Shown piece by piece: positions 1-12,770 of a stretch of DNA of 64,000 nucleotides; position 1 is the first letter of the stretch; each line of letters starts with the position of its first letter. This DNA is from Chiloscyllium plagiosum (taxonomy: Eukaryota), in the NCBI RefSeq assembly GCF_004010195.1, contig NC_057751.1, forward strand, positions 2,882,379-2,946,378. The letters are read 5' to 3'. The notes beneath the pieces are model-generated. The model saw only the letters and a list, made by a program, of their open reading frames with translations, ran no database searches and was not told where the DNA came from. The translations under genes and the position numbers were made by a program.

Positions 1-559
1 GCTTGGGTGTGAGCTGGATAAGAGTTCAAGTAGCGAAATGAGAAATTTTAATTGTATATTGTGTTTTTAGTTTTACCCATGACTATTTCCTGTTCCACTG
101 ACAACATCACACGCTAATTTAAATAAACCAAATCAATGTTGAGATTGGATAAATGACAGTGATAATTCCACAACTTCCCAATGAAGGGCTCACACCCTTA
201 CCCCTTACAGTGCTGCTACTCAGTTGCTGTGCTTTTCCAGCACCACACTTTTTGAATCTGCTGCGTACACCTTATTCATCACCGGTCTATTTTCTCGTGA
301 TCAAGGAAGGCTGTCTCTTCATTCTTCCATCGAAGGTGAGTGTCATCGGCAAGACCAACATTTGTGTTGACCAAACCTAATTTAGTCGAATGACTTGGAT
401 GAAGCACTCAAAGTGTAATGGAGACTCAAGCACATGACAGTGATTCTGGAGTCACATGTCACCCAAACTTGGGAAGGATGACATAACTCAGGAGATAGTA
501 TTAGAGTCTCCAGCTCACAAAATAGGACAGAGTGCTTGGAAAAGGTCAGAAATCAAACT

Positions 560-2476
560 TCAGGCACATTGGATAAATGAATAAAAATGAGAAGAGGGAC
601 CGTTCATACAGGACTGACAATGTTATATCTGAATGAACACAGTATAAGGAATAAGGTAAATGAGATTGTGGCGCAGATTGAAATTAGCAGAGATGACGTG
701 TTGGGCATCAGAGAGACATGACTGCAAGGAGATCAGGATTGGGAGCTGAATATTCAAGGATATACATCCAATTGAAAATACAGGTCGGTGGGGAGGGAGG
801 TGCAGTTGCCTTATCACTAAGAAATGAAATTAGATCAATAGTAATAAATGAAGTAGGGTCAGACAGCGTACAATCTGAGGTGGCAGAGCTGGGTATGGTG
901 GGTATGACCAAAAGAAGGTACTAGAAAAACTGAATAGCCTGAAGGTGGATAAATCACTGGACCAGATGGACTACACCCCAGGGTTCTAAGTGAGACAGCT
1001 GAAGAGATGGTGGTGATCTTTCAGGAATCACTCGAATCTGGGCAGGTCCCAAAGGACTGGAAAATCACCAGTGTCATACTCCTGGTAAAGAAGGGTGTAA
1101 AGCAAAAGACAGAAAAGTACAGGTTGATTAGCCTAACCTTGGTCTGGACTCCACCGCGAAGGGCGAGATTTCTGAAAACTTAGAAGTGCATGGTAAAATA
1201 GGGCAAAGTCAGCATGGTTTCATCAATGGGAGATCAAGTTGACAAATCTTGGAGAATTCTTTGGTGAAGTAACAAGCAGATTAGACCAAAGTGAACCAAT
1301 GGATATTATCTGCCTGGACTTCAATAAGGCCTTTGACAAGGTGCCATACAGGAGGAGGCTACTGAGTAAGATAAGGGCCCATAGTGTCAAAGGCACGCTT
1401 GGCTATCTGGCAGAAAGCAGAGAGTGGGGACAACAAGGGTCTTTCTCAGGATGGCAGCCGGTGACAAGAGGTGTTCCGCAAGGCTCAGTGTTGGACTACT
1501 GCTTTACACTTTATACATTGACAATCTAGGTGAAGGAACTGAGGGCATTCTGGTGAGGTGTACAGATGATACAAAGATAGGGAGAGGGACAAGTAGCATT
1601 GAGGAGGCGGGGAGCCTGCAGAAGGATGTGGACAGCTTTGGAGAGTGAGCAAAGAAGTGGCAGATGGAGTACAACGTGGAAAAGTATGAGGTCATACACT
1701 TTGGTCAGAAGAATAGAGGCATGGACTATTTTCTAAATGGGGAGATAATTCAGAAGTCTGAGGTGCAAAGAGACTTGAGAGTTCTAGTCCAGGATTCTGT
1801 CAAGGGCAAACTTACAGGTTGAGTCAGTAGTTATGAAGGCAAATGTAATGATGGCATTTATTTGGAGAGGACTTGAATGTAAAAGCAGGGATATACTTCT
1901 GAGGCTCTATCACGCTCTGGTCAGACCACATTTGGAGTTTTGTGCGCAGTTTTGGGCTCCATATCTCAGGAAGGATATTCTGGCCCTGGAGCAGGTTCAG
2001 AGCAGGTTCATGGTCCCAGGAATGGAAAGCTTAACATATGAGGAACATTTAAGAACTCTGGGTTTGTACTTGATTGTGTTTAGAAGGATATGTGGGGATC
2101 TGATTGAAACTTATAGTGTACTGAATGGCCTGGAAAGAGTGGAAGTTGGGAAGATGTTTCCAGTGGTCAGAGAGACTAGGACCCGAGGGCACAGCCTTAG
2201 AGTAAAGACAAGATCTTTTGGAACAGAGATGAGGAGCAATGTCTTCAGCCAGAGAGTGGGGAATCTATGGAATTCACTGCCACAGAAGGCTGTGGAGGTC
2301 AGGTCATTCAGTATATTTAAGACAGAGATAGGTTCCTGAGTATCAAAGGGATCAAGGGTTACGGGGAGAAAGCAGGACAATGGGGTTGAGAAACTTCTCA
2401 GCTATAATTGAATGGTGGAGCAGACTCGATGGGCTGAATGGCCTAATGTTTGCTCCTGTGTCTTATGGTCTTATGT
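560..2476 (+). mobile_element. Degenerate CR1/HER1-type LINE (APE fragment, RT, 3' UTR)
   Basis: ORF fragments LDFNKAFDKVP, GVPQGSVL, YIDNL..CTDDTKIG, LYHALVRPHLEFCAQFWAPY and FSQRVGNLWNSLP with frameshifts; ends in the tandem tail tcttatggtcttatg. Confidence 0.9.
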
Positions 2477-2630
2477 TTTTCACTGAACAATGATCGTGAA
2501 CCAGTGTTTACAATAATCAGTGATGGTTTTATTGTTGCAATTACCAAGACAAGTGTCATGATCTCAGCTGATGATACAATTGGGTTGGACAAGTCAGGAC
2601 CCAGAATAGTTGTTTAGTTTAGTTTTGTTT

Positions 2631-3997
2631 AGAATATAGAACATAGACCAAACAGAGCAGAACAGGCCCTTCAGCCCTCAATGTTGCGCCGACCTGTGAA
2701 CTATTCTCAGCTCGTCCCCCTACACTATCCCAAAATCACCCATGTGCTTATCTAAGGATTGTTTAAATCTCCCTAATGTGGCTGAGTTAACTACACTGGC
2801 AGGCAGGGCATTCCACACCCTTACCACTCTCTGAGTAAAGAACCTCCCTCTGACATATGTCTTAAATCTATCACCCCTCAATTTGTAGTTATGTCCCCTC
2901 GTACAAGCTGATGTCATCACCCTACGAAAAAGACTTTCACTGTCTACCCTATCTAATCCTCTGATCATCTTGTATGTCTCTATCAAATCCCCTCTTAGCC
3001 TTCTTCTTGCCAATGAGAATAGACCCAAGTCTCTCAGCCTTTCCTCATAAAACCTTCCCTCCAGACCAGGCAATATCCTGGTAAATCTCCTGTGCACCTT
3101 TTCCAATGCTTGCACATCCTTCCTGTAATGGGGTGACCAGAACTGGACACAATATTCCAAGTGTGGCCGCACCAGCGTTTTGTATAGTTGCAGCATGATA
3201 TTGCGGTTCTGGAACTCAATCCCTCTACCACACCATATGCCTTCTTAACAGTACTATCCACCTAGGTGGGAACTTTCAGGGATCTATGTACATGGACTCC
3301 AAGATCCCTCTGCACATCCACACTACCAAGAATCTTTCCATTGACCCAGTATTCTGCCTTCCTGTTATACTTCCCAAAGTGAGTCACTAATGGGGTGACC
3401 AGAACTGGACACAATATTCCAAGTGTGGCCGCACCAGCGTTTTGTATAGTTGCAGCATGATATTGCGGTTCTGGAACTCAATCCCTCTACCACACCATAT
3501 GCCTTCTTAATAGCACTATCCACCTGGGTGGGAACTTTCAGGGATCTATATACATAGACTCCAAGATCGCTCTGCACATCCACACTACCAAGAATCTTTC
3601 CATTGACCCAGTATTCTGCCTTCCTGTTATACTTCCCAAAGTGCATCACCTCACATTTAGCTGCATTGAACTCCATTTGCCACCTCTCAGCCCAATTCTG
3701 CAGTTTATCCAAGTCCCCCTGCAACCTGTAACATTCTTCCAAGCTGTCCACGACTCTATCGACTTTAGTGTCGTCTGCAAATTTACTAATCCATCTACCT
3801 AAGCCTGCATCTAAGTCATTTATAAAAATGACAAAAAGCAGTGGTACTAAAACAGATCCTTGTGGCACACCACTAATAACCGGACTGCAGGCTGAATATT
3901 TTCCATCAACCACCACTCGCTGCCTTCTTTCAGAAAGTGAGTTTCTAATCCAAACTGCTAAATCACCCTCAATTCCATGCCACTGCATTTTCTCCAA
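2631..3997 (-). mobile_element. 5'-truncated CR1 LINE (RT C-terminal half plus 3' UTR)
   Basis: ORFs 3365..3997 (SGVPQGSVL, FINDLD, KFADDTK) and 2720..3196 ([34 protein letters not shown]). Confidence 0.95.
3126..3649. repeat. 262-bp tandem duplication inside the CR1
   Basis: Units 3126-3387 and 3388-3649 both begin taatggggtgaccagaactgg and differ by a handful of substitutions. Confidence 0.9.
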
Positions 3998-4914
3998 TCT
4001 CTGGTTTAATCACAGAATCATATCTAGATAAGGCTGCAGAACTTCTTAACTGACAAATCCCAAGCTTATGACACAAATAAGAATTTTAAAAATGAGTTAT
4101 TTCCATATAGAAAATAGTTAAAATGACCTTTCAACACTCAGCAAAACACCAGTTTAATCTGTTCTTCAGATTCTCCACAGCAGAGACATAACTGCAGAGA
4201 AATTGCACTCCATGTCAACTCATGAAATCTATGCTTAAGTTCCTCCTTAATTTCCTTGCTGTGGATGATGGAAACAATTTTAATGAGTCAACATGAACTT
4301 CGAACAAATCTTAGAGCTTAAACTTTCTCAGTTCTGAAAACTTGCAGAAAACTTTCAAATCTAACTCTCCTGATTTGAAGCTTGAACAGCAGGTCGCTTA
4401 AAGTGCACATCAAACCATCAAACTTACTCTTTAACAAAAACCCTTTTCTCATCCAGAAAATGTCCAAACTATTTCATATTTTCCAATATTTTCACGTAGT
4501 GCTTCAATTTAAAAATAACTGCCCAATAACCTGCAAGACAGTCAATCATCAGAAATACAAAAGCAGCCATTAAAAATGTTGGAGATAGAACAGTCAGGCA
4601 AGTTTGACAACAATGTGCTGAGGGGATTCTGTGGACAATGATTAAATGGACTCTTCAAAAAATAGAGGAACTCAAATGTCAAACATTTCCTGGAGTCTGC
4701 AGTACACCAACCAAGTGGTTTGGGATGGTGTTTTAAATGCACTTAATCCTCACTCCACCCCTCTTATTTTCACCCTATCTGCAATTCCTTGTGTTCCTTT
4801 CTCCCTCTGACTCTTTATAGCAGTGCGGTGTAACTCAAATACTCCTTGTGACAGTAAGTTTCACATTCTCACTGCTCTCTGGGTAAAAAAAACGTTGTAA
4901 GAATTCATACAATC

Positions 4915-5050
4915 TGAATTCCCTGATTGGGGCTGTTCGTCTGGTCCTGGCTAACAGATATAAGCAGAAATGGTAGACACCCTGTTCACTGTGAGAGCTG
5001 GCTCTGAGGGAGCTGGATCAGTATCAAGTTATTTGCACATGTAAGTAAAT
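4915..5050 (+). mobile_element. LTR-like fragment related to 13680-13858
   Basis: Shares ccctga(t/c)tggg, cctggctaacag and ggctctgag blocks with the solo LTR at 13680. Confidence 0.45.
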
Positions 5051-5164
5051 GGTCTTTCCGATCTGGTTCTTGAATTTCTTCATGGGTCCCTTCAGTTATT
5101 GTTCCCTGGTTTTGAACTCCTTCACAAATGAAACATCCTCCACCTTGCTGAAGCCCTTCAACTA

Positions 5165-6756
5165 ATGCTGTAAAAATGCTACGGCAATTATCATGGGGGA
5201 TTTTAATCTACATGTCGATTGATCAAACCAGGTCGGTCAAGTTGACCTTGAGCAGGAGTTCATTGAACGTATCTGCAATAATTTTCTTGAACAATATGCA
5301 ATGGACCGACGAGAGTGCAAATTATCCTTGATCTGTTCCTGTGTAATGAGACAGGAATGTCAAGTATTGGCAGCAGAGATCAAGTCAATCCTGAGAAGGG
5401 TATAAAGGCACTCGGAGTAGACTGAAGAGAGAAATCAGGAGGGCAGAAAGGGGACATGAGACAGCTTTGGCAAATAGAGTTAAGGAGGATCCAAAGGTAT
5501 ATTATAAATATATTAAAGACAAAGGGGTAACCAGGGAGAGAATAGGGCCCCTCAAAGATCAGCAAGGCAGCCTTTGTGTGGAGCAGCACGAGATGGGGGT
5601 GCCACAAAACGAGCATTTTGCATCAGTGTTTACTGTGGAGAAGGACGTGAAAGATATAGAATGGGGGGAACTAGGTGGTGACACCTTGAAAAATGCCTTG
5701 AGGAGGTCCTGGATATCATAAAATACTTAAAAGTGGATAATCCCCAGGACCTGATCAGGTGTACCCTAGAACTCAGTGGGAAGCTAGGGAAGTGATTGCT
5801 GGGCCTCTTACTGAGATATTTGGATCATCGATAGTCACAGGTGAGGTGCCGGAAGACTGGTGCCACTATTTAAGAAGGGTGGTAAGGTCAAGCCAGGGAA
5901 CTATAGACCGGTGAGCCAGACGTCGGCGGTGGGCAAGTTATTGGAGGGAATCCTGAGGGATAGGATGTACATGTATTTGGAAAGGCAAGGACTGATTAGG
6001 GATTGTCAACATGGCTTTGTGCGTGGGAAATCATGTCTCACAAACTTGATTGAATTTTTCAAGAAGTGACAAAGAGGATTGATGAGGGCAGAGCAGTGGA
6101 CATGATCTATGTGGACGACAGTAAGGCGTTTGACAAGATTCCCCATGGGAGACTGGTTAGCATGGAATACAGGGAGAACTAGCCATTTGGATACAGAACT
6201 GGCTCGAAGGTTGAAGACAGAGGGTGGTGGTGGAGGGTTGTTTTTTCAGACTGGAGGCCTGTGACCAGTGGAGTGCCACAGGATCGGTGCTGGGTCTTCT
6301 ACTTTTTGTCATTTATATAAATGATTTTGATGTGAGGATAAGAGGTGCAGTTAGTAAGTTTGAAGATGACACCAAAATTGGAGGTGTAATGGACAGCAAA
6401 AAGGGTTACCTCAGATTACAACAGGGTCTTGATCAGATGTGCCAATGGGCTGAGAAGTGACAGATGGAGTTTAATTCAGGTAAATGCGAGGTGCTGCATT
6501 TTGGAAAGGCAAATCAGGGCAGGACTTATACATTTAATGGTAAGGTCCCAGGGAGTGTTGCTGAACAAAAAGACAATGGAGTGCAGGTTCATAGCCCCTT
6601 GAAAGTGGAGTCACAGGTAGATAGGATAGTGAAGAAGGCGTTTGGTATGCTTTCCTTTATTGCACAAAGCATTGCATGCAGGAGTTGGGAGGTCATGTTG
6701 CGGCTGTACTTTTGGAATATTGTGTGTAATTCTGGTCTCCCTCCTATGGGAAGGAT
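5165..6756 (+). mobile_element. CR1 LINE ORF2 remnant with internal deletions
   Basis: MGDFN-like APE fragment near 5195; PLFKKG..PGNYRPVS, QHGFVRGKSCLTNLIEFF, YINDFD..KFEDDTKIG, MEFNSGKCEVLHFG. Confidence 0.93.
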
Positions 6757-7027
6757 TTCACACATGCAACACCCTCTGCATGAAAAAGTTGCCCCTTAGG
6801 TCCTTTTGAAATCTTTCCCCTCTCCCCGTAAACCTCTGCCCTCTTGTTCTGGACTCCCCCACCCCAGGGAAAAGACCTTATCTATTTACTCTATCCATGA
6901 CCTTCATGATTTTATAAACCTCTATAACATCAGCCCTCAGCCTCCGATGCTCCAGGCAAAACAGCCCCAGCCTATTCAGCCTCTCCCTTTCACTCAAACC
7001 CTCTAAGCCTGGCAACATTCTTGTAAA
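6757..7027 (-). mobile_element. Inverted continuation of the preceding CR1
   Basis: The reverse complement begins ttgaaagggttcagaaaagatttacaag, the sequence that follows gaaggat(gttgtgaaac) in the other copies at 39355 and 55603. Confidence 0.85.
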
Positions 7028-7329
7028 TCTTTTCTGAACCCTTTCAAATTGGGACAGGTAAGTGGAGCTGATGCCACAAACATAGCAACCATGATCTTAT
7101 TAAGTGACAGAGCAGGCTCGAAAGGACGGACGGCCTACTCCTACCCCTCGGTCAGATGCACTTACGTTCTTAATCTCAGAGACCACTGTCAAGCCACCCT
7201 CTCAGACTTCCCTTCCAAAAGAAAGGAGACTCTGCCTGTTGTTTCTGAAGACATCTGTTGTCAGTGCGTGGTCAGACATTGAAATGTAGAAAAGAGGAGC
7301 GGGAGTTGGCCTTTCAAACCTGTTGCAGC

Positions 7330-8090
7330 ACAACAGTGTATTCCTGCTTTTCCCTTGCGTCTCTTCACCTCCAACGCTATATCCACTCCTTCTTGAAAAC
7401 ACACAATATTTCAGGCTTGCTTGTTGTTTGTGTGAGGGATTCCACAGGCTCAGCACACTCTGGGGGAAGACATTGCTTCTTACCTCAGTTTTAAATCTTT
7501 GGACTGTGACCACTGGGTCTGCATTCCCTTGCCATCAGGAGTATCTTTCCTGTGTTTACCCTGTCTCGTCCTGTTAGAACTTTGTAAGTTTCTGTGAGAT
7601 CCCCCTTCATTCTTCTGAACTGTAGTAAACATACTGCCAACTGATTCACCCTCTCCTCCTACAATAGTCCCGTCATTCCAAGAATCACCTTTGCTGCACT
7701 CCCTTTTCTAGGAAGAACATCCTTCTTCAGATACAGAGACCAAAAGTGCACACATTATTCCAGGAGTGGCCTCACCAATTGCAGCAAGACATCCTTCTTT
7801 CCTGTCCTTGAATTCTCTTGCTATGAAAGCCAACATCCAGTTTGCCTTTTGGACTGCCAGCTGTACCTGTACACGAACCTCCAGTGCCTGAGGACACACA
7901 GGTCTCATTGAGCATTCCCCTCTCTCAATTTACAATAATCCAAGTAATCATCTGCCTTCCCATTTTTGTTGCCAAACTGGAGAACCTCACACGTATCAGC
8001 ATCATACTGTATCTGTCGTGCACTTGCCTTCTCACTCACCTTGTCCAAGTCACATTGAAGCACTCTGCATCCTCCTCACAGCTCACCCTG
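7330..8090 (-). mobile_element. Older CR1 3' fragment
   Basis: Minus-strand ORFs RFKTEVRSNVFPQSVLSLWN and QLAVQKANWMLAFIAR. Confidence 0.8.
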
Positions 8091-8901
8091 TCACCCAGAC
8101 AGACGGCTGTTGTGATCTGAGATGCAGGTGTCTGTTGGAGAGTTGATCGTGAACTACCATCTCTCAGAATTCCCCCTTGACAGGCTGGGATGTATTAATC
8201 CTGTAATGTACACTCAGTCCATAAGCATCAACAACCATGATCCAACTTGTGTACTTTGATTCTTCCAGTCAATTCTGTTCCTTTCTCGTTCTTGACTGAA
8301 GCTTACCTCTTAATTCAGTGTGAATATTGGAAAAGGGATTTCAGTTTCTCGAGTCTGCACTACCATTCAACAAAACTGTTGTTAATTATGGCCTAAATTC
8401 CATGTTCTATTTTGCCCCCCAAAACCCTTTACTGACTGGTCAATCAAAAACCTGTTGAGGACATGCTTGAATGACCAAGCCTGTAATAATCTCTGGAGAA
8501 CAGAATTCAAAAGGTTCATGACTCTCCCAGAAAAAAAAAAGTTCCTTTTTGTGGCCACCTGAAATTAGGAGAACCTTTTGTTTAAAACATTCTGCCCCAA
8601 ATCCCAGATCCAGCGATGAGAGGAAATGTGTCTGTCAAGCTTCCTCACACTTGTATTTGTTTTGACTATTTGCGCTTCATCTCTAATTGATGCAGACTGA
8701 CCTGTTCAATCTTTCAGCAGAAGACACCCCAGTTCAACTCAGCAATCAGTCCAGTTCATGCTTTGTGAATCGTATACAAGGTGTTGCATAATTCTGGCAA
8801 GTCCTCCTTGCATTTATCCCCTGCATGCCTCACAATGGAAAACAGCATTCCATTTGCTGACCAGATTACTTGGCTGAGCTTCATACTAACTTTGTGTTCC
8901 T

Positions 8902-10110
8902 GTTAAAAATCACACAACACCAGGTTATCATCCAACAGGTTTATTTGGAAGCACTAGCTTTCGGAGCGCTGCTCCTTCCTCAGGTGGTTGTGGAGAATAA
9001 GATCGTAAGACACAGAATTTATAGCAAACGTTTACAGTGTGATGTAACGGAAATTATATACTGAAAAAGACCTGGATTGTTTGTTAAGTCTCTCATCTTT
9101 TAGAATGATCATGTTGGTTTCAGTTCTTTCATATGTAAATCGCAAAACTTTTTTAAAAAGTTACATTCTCAAGTGAACTTTAACAATTAGTGTTATGTCG
9201 GCCCAGATAATGTATTGAAGGTGTTAGCTTTCCTGTGTGGGGCTGTCTCTGCCACAATGGTCAGACTGATTCTAATCTAAAAAACAGATTTACAGAATCT
9301 TACATGGATTCATGCAGTTTTTGAGCAAAGTAAAATGTAATTCTGCAAGTACAAATTCACCCCGCAAATTTATATGTGTGTGTGCATGTGTCTGAGTGTA
9401 AAGGGGTTTATGTCTGTGAGTGAGAGAGGGTCTGCGTGAGTGTGTGTGTCTGTCTGTGTGTGTCCATCTGTCTGTTTATGTGTATTGTGCAATGGGGTCA
9501 CCTGTCATGTGACATGAACCCAAGGTCCCATTGAGGCCATCCCCATGGGTACCAAACTTGGCGATCAGCCTCTGCTCGGTCACTTTGCGTTGTTGCCTGT
9601 CCTGAAGTCTGCCTTGCAGGATGGTCACCCGAGGTTGAATGTCCCTGACCGCTGAAGTGTGCTCCAACTGGGAGGGAACACTCCTGTTGTGTCTTGTCCA
9701 TTTATTCATTGCCATAGCCTCTGCTCTGTCTTGCCAATGTACCATGCCTCAGAGCATCCTTGCCTGCAGCGTATGAGAGAGTCAACATTGGCTGAGTCAC
9801 ATGAGTAGCTGCCACATACATGATGGGAGGTGTCCCCACGCATAATGGTGGTATCCATGTCCACACTCTGACATGTCTTGCAGCGTCTACCATGACAGGT
9901 TGTCTGGTATTGTCCTGAAAATCGGGCAGTCTTGCTACGAACAACGATCTGTTTAAGGTTTGGTGGTTGTTTAAAGGCAAGACGTGGAGGTGTGGGGAAG
10001 GTCTTGGCGAGGTGCTCATCCTCATTGATAATGTGTTGCAGGCCGCGAAGAACATGGCTTGGTTTTTCGGCTCCCGGGAAATACTGGACAACGAAGAACA
10101 CCTGGTGTTC
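8902..10110 (-). mobile_element. Penelope-like retroelement, Neptune type, 5'-truncated (GIY-YIG endonuclease, TG microsatellite, pLTR)
   Basis: Minus ORF 9706..10125 has AFKQPPNLKQ, a CxxxxCxxC zinc knuckle, SCDSANV..LIRC and WYIGKTEQRL. ORF 9476..9745 has QRKVTEQRLIAKFGTHGDGLN. TG-rich tract 9375-9485. Hammerhead motif at the 3' end. Confidence 0.92.
8952..8986 (-). ncRNA. Minimal type-I hammerhead ribozyme motif (family A)
   Basis: CAC CUGAGGA A GGAGC-AGC-GCUCC GAAA GC UA|GUG: intact core, 5-bp stem II, CAC/GUG stem I, palindromic AGCU stem III. Confidence 0.8.
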
Positions 10111-10604
10111 CCTGTACACGTACACTCAAGTCCCTCTGAGTGTTTAAGATATTTTCAAGAAACTGTGCAGGAAATTTTTCCCAGTTTTGTTGAAGTGTGA
10201 GGGCAAGCATGTTAGGTGATGCCTAACCTCACCATCCTGATATGTGAGAAAACTCCACCCATCAGCTCACTCAGACATGACCAAAAACGATGGCTGATTT
10301 TCTCAGTGAACCACAGGCCTCCATTCTGGCAATCCAGGTTTCAGAAACTGCTGGCCATTCAGACTCTGGCAGCTCTGGGTCTGAAATGCAGCTGGATCAG
10401 GTTGACTCAGGGGATTTTAATACGTACAACACAGATGGCCTCCTTCTTCAAGGACCGCAATTTCCCCAGGGGATTCACCATTGAAGAGATCCGTATGGAT
10501 TGGGATTTAGAAATGGTTGCAGGCAATGACAGGGGACAACAGCCACATTAGCCTTTGTCTTTCCAAGCCCTCAGATACAGGTCTTCGAATCAGGGGAGTA
10601 TGCA

Positions 10605-11185
10605 GATTTTTATTTGATTCACTTGTGGGCTGGGCAAGCCTTTGTTGGCCGATATCTAGACCAGAGTGGTGCTGGAAAAGCACAGCAGGTCAAGCAGCAT
10701 CCGAGGAGCAGGAAAATCGATGTTTCGGGCAAAAGCCCTTCATCAGGGCCCTGTCTTTGTTGCCCTGTCCCTAGTTGCCCCTTGAGAAGGTGGGGGTGAG
10801 CTGCCTTCTTGATCCGCTGCTGTCTGTGTGCTGTAGGTAGGTAGACCCACAATGCCCTCAGGGAGGGATTCTGACCCAGCAACAGTGAAGGAACAGTGAT
10901 ACATTTCCAAGTCAGGATGACTTGGAGGAGAATTTGCAGGGGATGGTATTCCCATGTATCTGCTGCTCTTGTCCTTCTTGATGATAGCGGCCATGAATTT
11001 GGAAGGTGCTGTCTTAGAATCTGTGGTGAATTGCTGCAGTGCCTCTTGTAGATGGTGCACACTGCTACTACTGAACACCACGGGTGGGGGAGGGAGTGGA
11101 TGCTTGTGGATGTGGTGCCAATCAAGCAGGCTGCTTTCTCCTGGATAATGTCAAGCTTCCTGAGTGTTGTTGGAGCTGCACGTAT
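10605..11185 (-). mobile_element. 3' end of a second LINE family (CR1/L2 group) with a nested Penelope pLTR
   Basis: AAPTTLRKLDIIQEKAACLIG..VVAVCTIYKRHC resembles an RT C-terminus; related sequence recurs at 26590-27320. Confidence 0.7.
10660..10747 (-). mobile_element. Penelope pLTR fragment (family B) with a decayed hammerhead
   Basis: Minus strand CUGAUGA A GGGC UUUU GCCC GAAA CA UC; stem III ACGU has mutated to ACAU. Confidence 0.85.
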
Positions 11186-11579
11186 CGAAGAAATTCCTTG
11201 AGATAGTTTAACAAGACTTTTTTCTCGGATTATATTAATTATGCTCCACAGTATTATTAGTCTCTCCCTTACCCTGTATTTCTGGTGTGTAATTTGTGTG
11301 TTATGCACACAATCCATACGTCAATGTGTCTGCCACTAATCGTTCTCCTGATAATTTCTCTTTTCTGCTCCGAAAGGACAAATGTTAACTTTCGACACTT
11401 TTAGTTCAATATTTGTAATCTGTTTTTAATATTCTTGGCTCTGAGATTCTCAGGGTTTTTTTTCCACTTTATATTCAGCTTCAGATGACCCTTGGTTGAT
11501 TTCTAAAACATTCCCAGCCCTCAAATATATCCCCATTCCTTCCAGCATGATCATCTCTTCTTGTAACCTCATGCTATCC

Positions 11580-11785
11580 GGATGTAAATTTGCTCGCTGA
11601 GCTGGAAGACTTGTTTTCAAACGTTTCGTCACTATACTCGGTAACATCATCATTTGAGCTCACCAGAGACTCACTGATGATGTTCCCTCATATGTGACGA
11701 AAAGTCTGGAAACAAACCTTCCAGCTCAGTGAGTAAACTTACAACCAAAACCTCAACCTGAGCTACAAATTTTCTCAAAAACTCC
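11580..11785. mobile_element. Fold-back Penelope pLTR pair (family E), decayed hammerhead on each arm
   Basis: Inverted arms ttgctcgctgagctggaag..cgtttcgtcac and gtgacgaaaag..ttccagctcagtgagtaa. Plus arm reads UCA CUGAUGA U GUU..GAC GAAA AG UC UG at 11671-11709. Confidence 0.7.
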
Positions 11786-12632
11786 CTCATCCCATACTAT
11801 CCTCAACCTCTGTTTTAAGTCATAGTTAGATCTTTCTTGTTCAGTTTTCATTTTCAACAGAATGTACTTTTGTTGAGCGCTTTGGTCAATGCATCCCATT
11901 ATTTATTGAGCAGCATACCTATTAGTTCAGTTAACTGATCAATTTTAACCAGCTCTCTCCTCACACCTATTTCATTGGCTGTATTTCAGTTTCAGATTCT
12001 TATTTGGATTGAAGTCAATCATTTACAAGCTGAATGGGAAACTCAGTTGTTGAACAGTGTAATTTGATTTTTTAAGTATTTTGATTGTCACTTGAGGCTA
12101 AACAAATGCTTGACATTAAATGTGAGTTTTACTCTGAAATTTCACATCCAATCAGTAAAACTACAAAATAAATTTGCTACCACTTCCTATCATGAAGGAT
12201 AACCTCCACATCTGCATTGTGTGCTGAAGTGAATTCAGTTGCATGCTAATTAACCAATTTAGCACTGAATATGCCAATAAATTTATCAATTGGGTTAAGA
12301 TGTGAATGTAAGTAAATTAAATAATGAGAAAACATATTTGCAAATAAGTTAACAAGGAATGCATGAATAAATTAAGCAACTGATTTATGTCCTCATTAGA
12401 ATTTGTTTTCCACTTATTTAATTCTTGAATTATTGTTACCCCTGTAACTGCCCTTTTCATTCAGTGCTTGACGATAATTAATGGGTTTATAATATCTATG
12501 GGATGGAACTGCATACCAACAAATAAATTGTTCATCTTCATTTTAAGGTACTGTGTAGTCTGATTTTTCAACTCACATTGGGTGCTTTCTGAAATATTAT
12601 TTTTCTTATCATGACAGAGATGAATGCTCAAT

Positions 12633-12770
12633 AGAGAGTCATGGACCTGTACAATATGGAAACAGACCTTTCCGTCCAACTTGTCCATGCTGACCAGATA
12701 TCTGAAATTAATCTAGTCCCATTTGCTAGCAATTGGCCCATATTGCTCTAACCCCTTCCTAATCATCTAT
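12633..12770 (-). mobile_element. CR1 3' tail
   Basis: Matches the tails at 18025-18190, 23930-24046 and 45366-45500. Confidence 0.8.

Noticed and set aside
10619..11317. 232-aa ORF as a host gene
   Set aside because: LINE RT C-terminus running into 3' UTR and a nested pLTR; the PDEGLLPETSI peptide is just the translated hammerhead.
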